NCBI GenBank assembly: GCA_009602725.1
Contig: WELB01000011.1
Location: 666,652 to 730,651, forward strand
DNA length: 64,000 nt
From: Spirogloea muscicola
Taxonomy: Eukaryota
Direction of reading: 5' to 3'
The notes beneath the pieces were generated by a model. That model was given only the letters and a program-made list of their open reading frames with translations, was not told the origin of the DNA and searched no databases. Position 1 is the stretch's first letter; every line of letters starts with the position of its first letter. The translations under genes were made by a program, and so were the position numbers. This document shows positions 61,035 through 64,000 of the stretch, one piece after another.

Positions 61035-62145
61035 GTTTGAGCCTCCTCACTCGTAACTACTGCTTCATCTGACAGCTTCTTCAGGCCCCTTCGTAGCCTG
61101 CTAAAGCGTTTTTGGCCCCTTACGAACCTTTGTCAATTCTTTTCGGGCTGGCTTTCCACAGCCCTTGCCCCATTCGGAGAACCACTTCTGCATCCTCCGT
61201 GGCTGGCCACTCGCAGCCATCGCCCTCTCCTGGAAGAGTCTGCTTCCTCTCATCTGCGGCTGCTCTGATCTGCGGCTGCTTAGCAGGGGTTACTGAGTGT
61301 TTCGTAGCTGCTTTGTTTCTGTGTGTGCTTGTTTACCTTAGCGCTTCCCCTGGCCCTCTTCTCGTAATTTGTTGATTCTTTTTTGGGCTGGCTTTTCCAG
61401 CCCTATCCTCAATGGGCGAGCACTTTTTCTCATCCTCCGCGATACTTGCTTGGTCGTTTGTTCAGCGATTGCGGCCCTTCGTACCTTGTCCTTCCTTTTT
61501 GGGCTGGATTTTCACAGCCCTCGGCCCCTTTGGAAGAGCCCATTTTTGACCCGTAGTTACTGAGCGGGTCAACTTGCTGTAGATTATGTAGGTCTGTAGA
61601 TGTGCTTGCCTTTGTACTTGGCCATTTGGCCTTCATTTATTTCAAATACACGAAATTCCCTTTTTGTGAGTGTTGAGCTGGGTTCCTTTACGGTCTTGAC
61701 CTTTCCCGCTCCTTGGCACCTCATTGACTGTCTTGTGCCTCGTTCATTGTCTTGTGGGGGCTGGGACTCACAGAACGTAAAACGAGGCGCGTGGGGCGAG
61801 GGCTGTGAGTGGCCAGCCCGAAGGACAAGGTCCAAAGGCGCGAAAGCGCTAAGCACTCAGCAAAGCACTGGCTACAACTGATGGCCACGCAATCAGCTGT
61901 ACTCAGTTGCCCCAAATCGGAATGTCTAGGTATAGCAGGTGGGTAAAGAGAAAAGCTTCTCTTCACCAAGGGGGAGATGGACTCCAAAGGCCAGCCCACA
62001 GAAGAGGAACTGCTTTTCCTCAGAAGGGTATTGGCCCAAAAAGGGGTGAATGAGCTCAAGCTAACGCAAAGGATTACCCCAAAGAAGGGGGCTGTCTTTA
62101 AAGGCCAGTCTTAAAAAGGAATGAACAAGGTCAGAAGGGGCCAAG
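61035..62145. mobile_element. Nested cluster of CRE-like 3' ends (subfamilies C, A and B) and hairpin modules
   Basis: C-like copy at 61040-61190; A copy at 61264-61425 (SDLRLLSRGY*, stop 61296); B copy at 61545-61652 matching 56016-56122; reverse-orientation modules near 61812, 61990 and 62103. Confidence 0.8.
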
Positions 62146-63133
62146 AAGCGCAGAATCCCATTTATAGGCTGAGGCGCCAGTCAGGGTACGGCCAGCATGC
62201 AGCTGGCAAGGCAATCTGCCAGAGGTCGCTGCAGCAAGATGTACTGATGCATATTATACATAAGCACCAGCGAGCTCACGGCACTCACTCCTGGCTGCTC
62301 CTCATGCTGCCCTTGCCATCGAGACTCCGCTCGAGCGGCTGCAGGAGGTCCGTCAACCAAGAGCTGAACGCCCCATGAATTCGACTGCGAGTGTGACGAA
62401 CTCATGCTCCTCGGGATAGCCAACGTCCTTCATTACCTTTTACCGGGCGGGAGAGCCACTTTTGGGGGTCAGCCAATTTTATTTCTTTCCTGGGCGGCAT
62501 TAGCGACTACGTGCCGTGCCTTTAAAAGAGGATGCGGGCGTTTCAAGGAGAGTGTGTGGCTTGAGATGCTTAAAAGTTTTTACAGCTCATGCTACAACTT
62601 GCTACGCCCAAAGTGCTGGCCAATGCCATGACACCGTGCACGGCTACCTGCAGTCATGCATGGTAGTCCTGTCATCGCCAGCCCTGGCGCTGTGCACTTG
62701 AAGTGTTTGTAAGCTGACGTGATGGTGTCTCCTTCTGCAATTTAGTGGCTTCCCATGCAGACAACTATTGCATAAAACCCAGGCATCTCCCTCTTTATGA
62801 GGCCTGGATTAAATACATGACAAATATGAGCAGCTTCTAACATACAAAGACAAAAGGTGAGCACTTCTAACAAACGTAAAAATAAGCAAGAACCCAGTTG
62901 ATCTGCCTTTTGCTAGGTCAAGCTTCTCCAAGTGCTCAGGTGGTGGAAAGTTGCGCACGGGAGTAACTCCCCTGGTTCTTACTTCTACCTCTGCCTCTGT
63001 GTCCCATAAAAGATAACTGAGAACGGCTAAGCATAAGCCGGAAAGCTATCTGCAACATGGACGCCTACCGCAATACAGACCAAGGGCAAGCGTGGTGGAG
63101 CCATGCAGGGTGGAGAAAGGCGAAGCATTTTCG

Positions 63134-63818
63134 TCAAGATTCCGCTGCTTGCGTGCTTGTGCTGCCGAGGAGCCGGAGATTGCGATCCTTGGTTGCCACG
63201 GCTAAGTAGCTCGCATTTGGTCCAAACTTTATAGCAGTCACCACCCCTGGAGAAAGCCAGAGACACATCAGTAACCAGCCCTAGACGAAAGCCAGGGAGC
63301 AGCCAAAACAATGTTTGTAGCCAACCTTCTGATGCAAGTGGTAACAGACAGCACATGAGACAAAAGTGCAAAAGGTGCAACAAGGAACCCATATAGCAAT
63401 GCTCCATGGGCTCTGCTACCAGCTCTGCTACGTGACAAAAGAAGTGGCAGACACAATTTGCACTTGAGTGATTCCAATGATGAACAAGTACATGCGGCTG
63501 CCAGCTCCTACAGGTACTAGTCTATTCTCTACATCCACTGAACCCGCAAGCCTCAACTCAAGAGTCAATGCAGAATTGCACACCTGTTCCTGATAAGTCA
63601 GGAATAGTTTTTATGACATTCCATTCCTGTTTGACAGTACCCACTTGGTAGATCCTGCAATGAGCAATGGTGATGAAGAGCTTCAGGCATTTGAAGTTGA
63701 CAGACTCAATCAAAGTGTATCCTCGGAAACTTCTCGATCGGTTACAGACTCCAAAGCTACCAGTACCTTATGTCGGCACCAGCTATAGCAAGGTAACTGC
63801 CACTGTGGTCGAATGCAA
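63134..63818 (-). CDS. PRP19: Pre-mRNA-processing factor 19 (PRP19/MAC3), last three exons; the gene continues beyond the window
   Basis: VAFDHSGSYLAIAGADIR|IYQVGTVKQEWNVIKTIPDLSGTG|VVTAIKFGPNASYLAVATKDRNLRLLG..* matches the final WD40 repeats of plant MAC3/PRP19. Confidence 0.9.
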
Positions 63819-64000
63819 CTGCACAAGCAACATCCAAATCATAAAAGTATGAGACAGCCAATTACATTCTTCAAGGCCTACGTCTTCTGTACAAGACTTG
63901 TGGTTTGTGTCTTCATAGCAAGCCGTGCGTCTCTCTACAGTTTAGTGTTCAGAATATCACTTGCACTAAGATGAAAGCAATCAGACTTGAAACAAGCAAT

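Overview
GC-rich, intron-rich eukaryotic nuclear DNA. The gene set (PMIR, WVD2-like, plant-type CTC1, RLK/Pelle kinase, NF-YB) points to a green plant, and a streptophyte alga is my inference. I reconstructed about 13 spliced genes by eye: METTL23-like methyltransferase (3' part), PMI1/PMIR with a C-terminal LysM, SPT5, PLAC8/PCR, a synaptotagmin-like SMP-C2 protein, a transmembrane pseudokinase, CTC1, a WVD2-like TPX2-domain protein, GILT, organellar RPS16, an ETR-like MDR reductase, NF-YB and PRP19 (3' part). There is also one weak orphan gene. Two N gaps lie at 21351-22131 and 52515-52947. The most unusual content is intergenic: nested clusters (33.2-38.6, 54.7-56.7 and 61.0-62.1 kb) of 5'-truncated CRE-like non-LTR retroelements with a restriction-like endonuclease. 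At least three subfamilies share a C-terminal SDLxxL(S/T)R(G/S)Y-stop peptide. Two of them end in a non-poly(A) 3' hairpin module, present in roughly 35 degenerate copies. The clusters include a TSD-flanked twin-priming-type inversion, a copy with 77-bp perfect inverted ends, and TTTAGGG telomere repeats inserted into the hairpin. A Tourist/PIF-like MITE with a perfect central palindrome sits upstream of the WVD2-like gene. Exon boundaries are manual and approximate, and no database searches were run.
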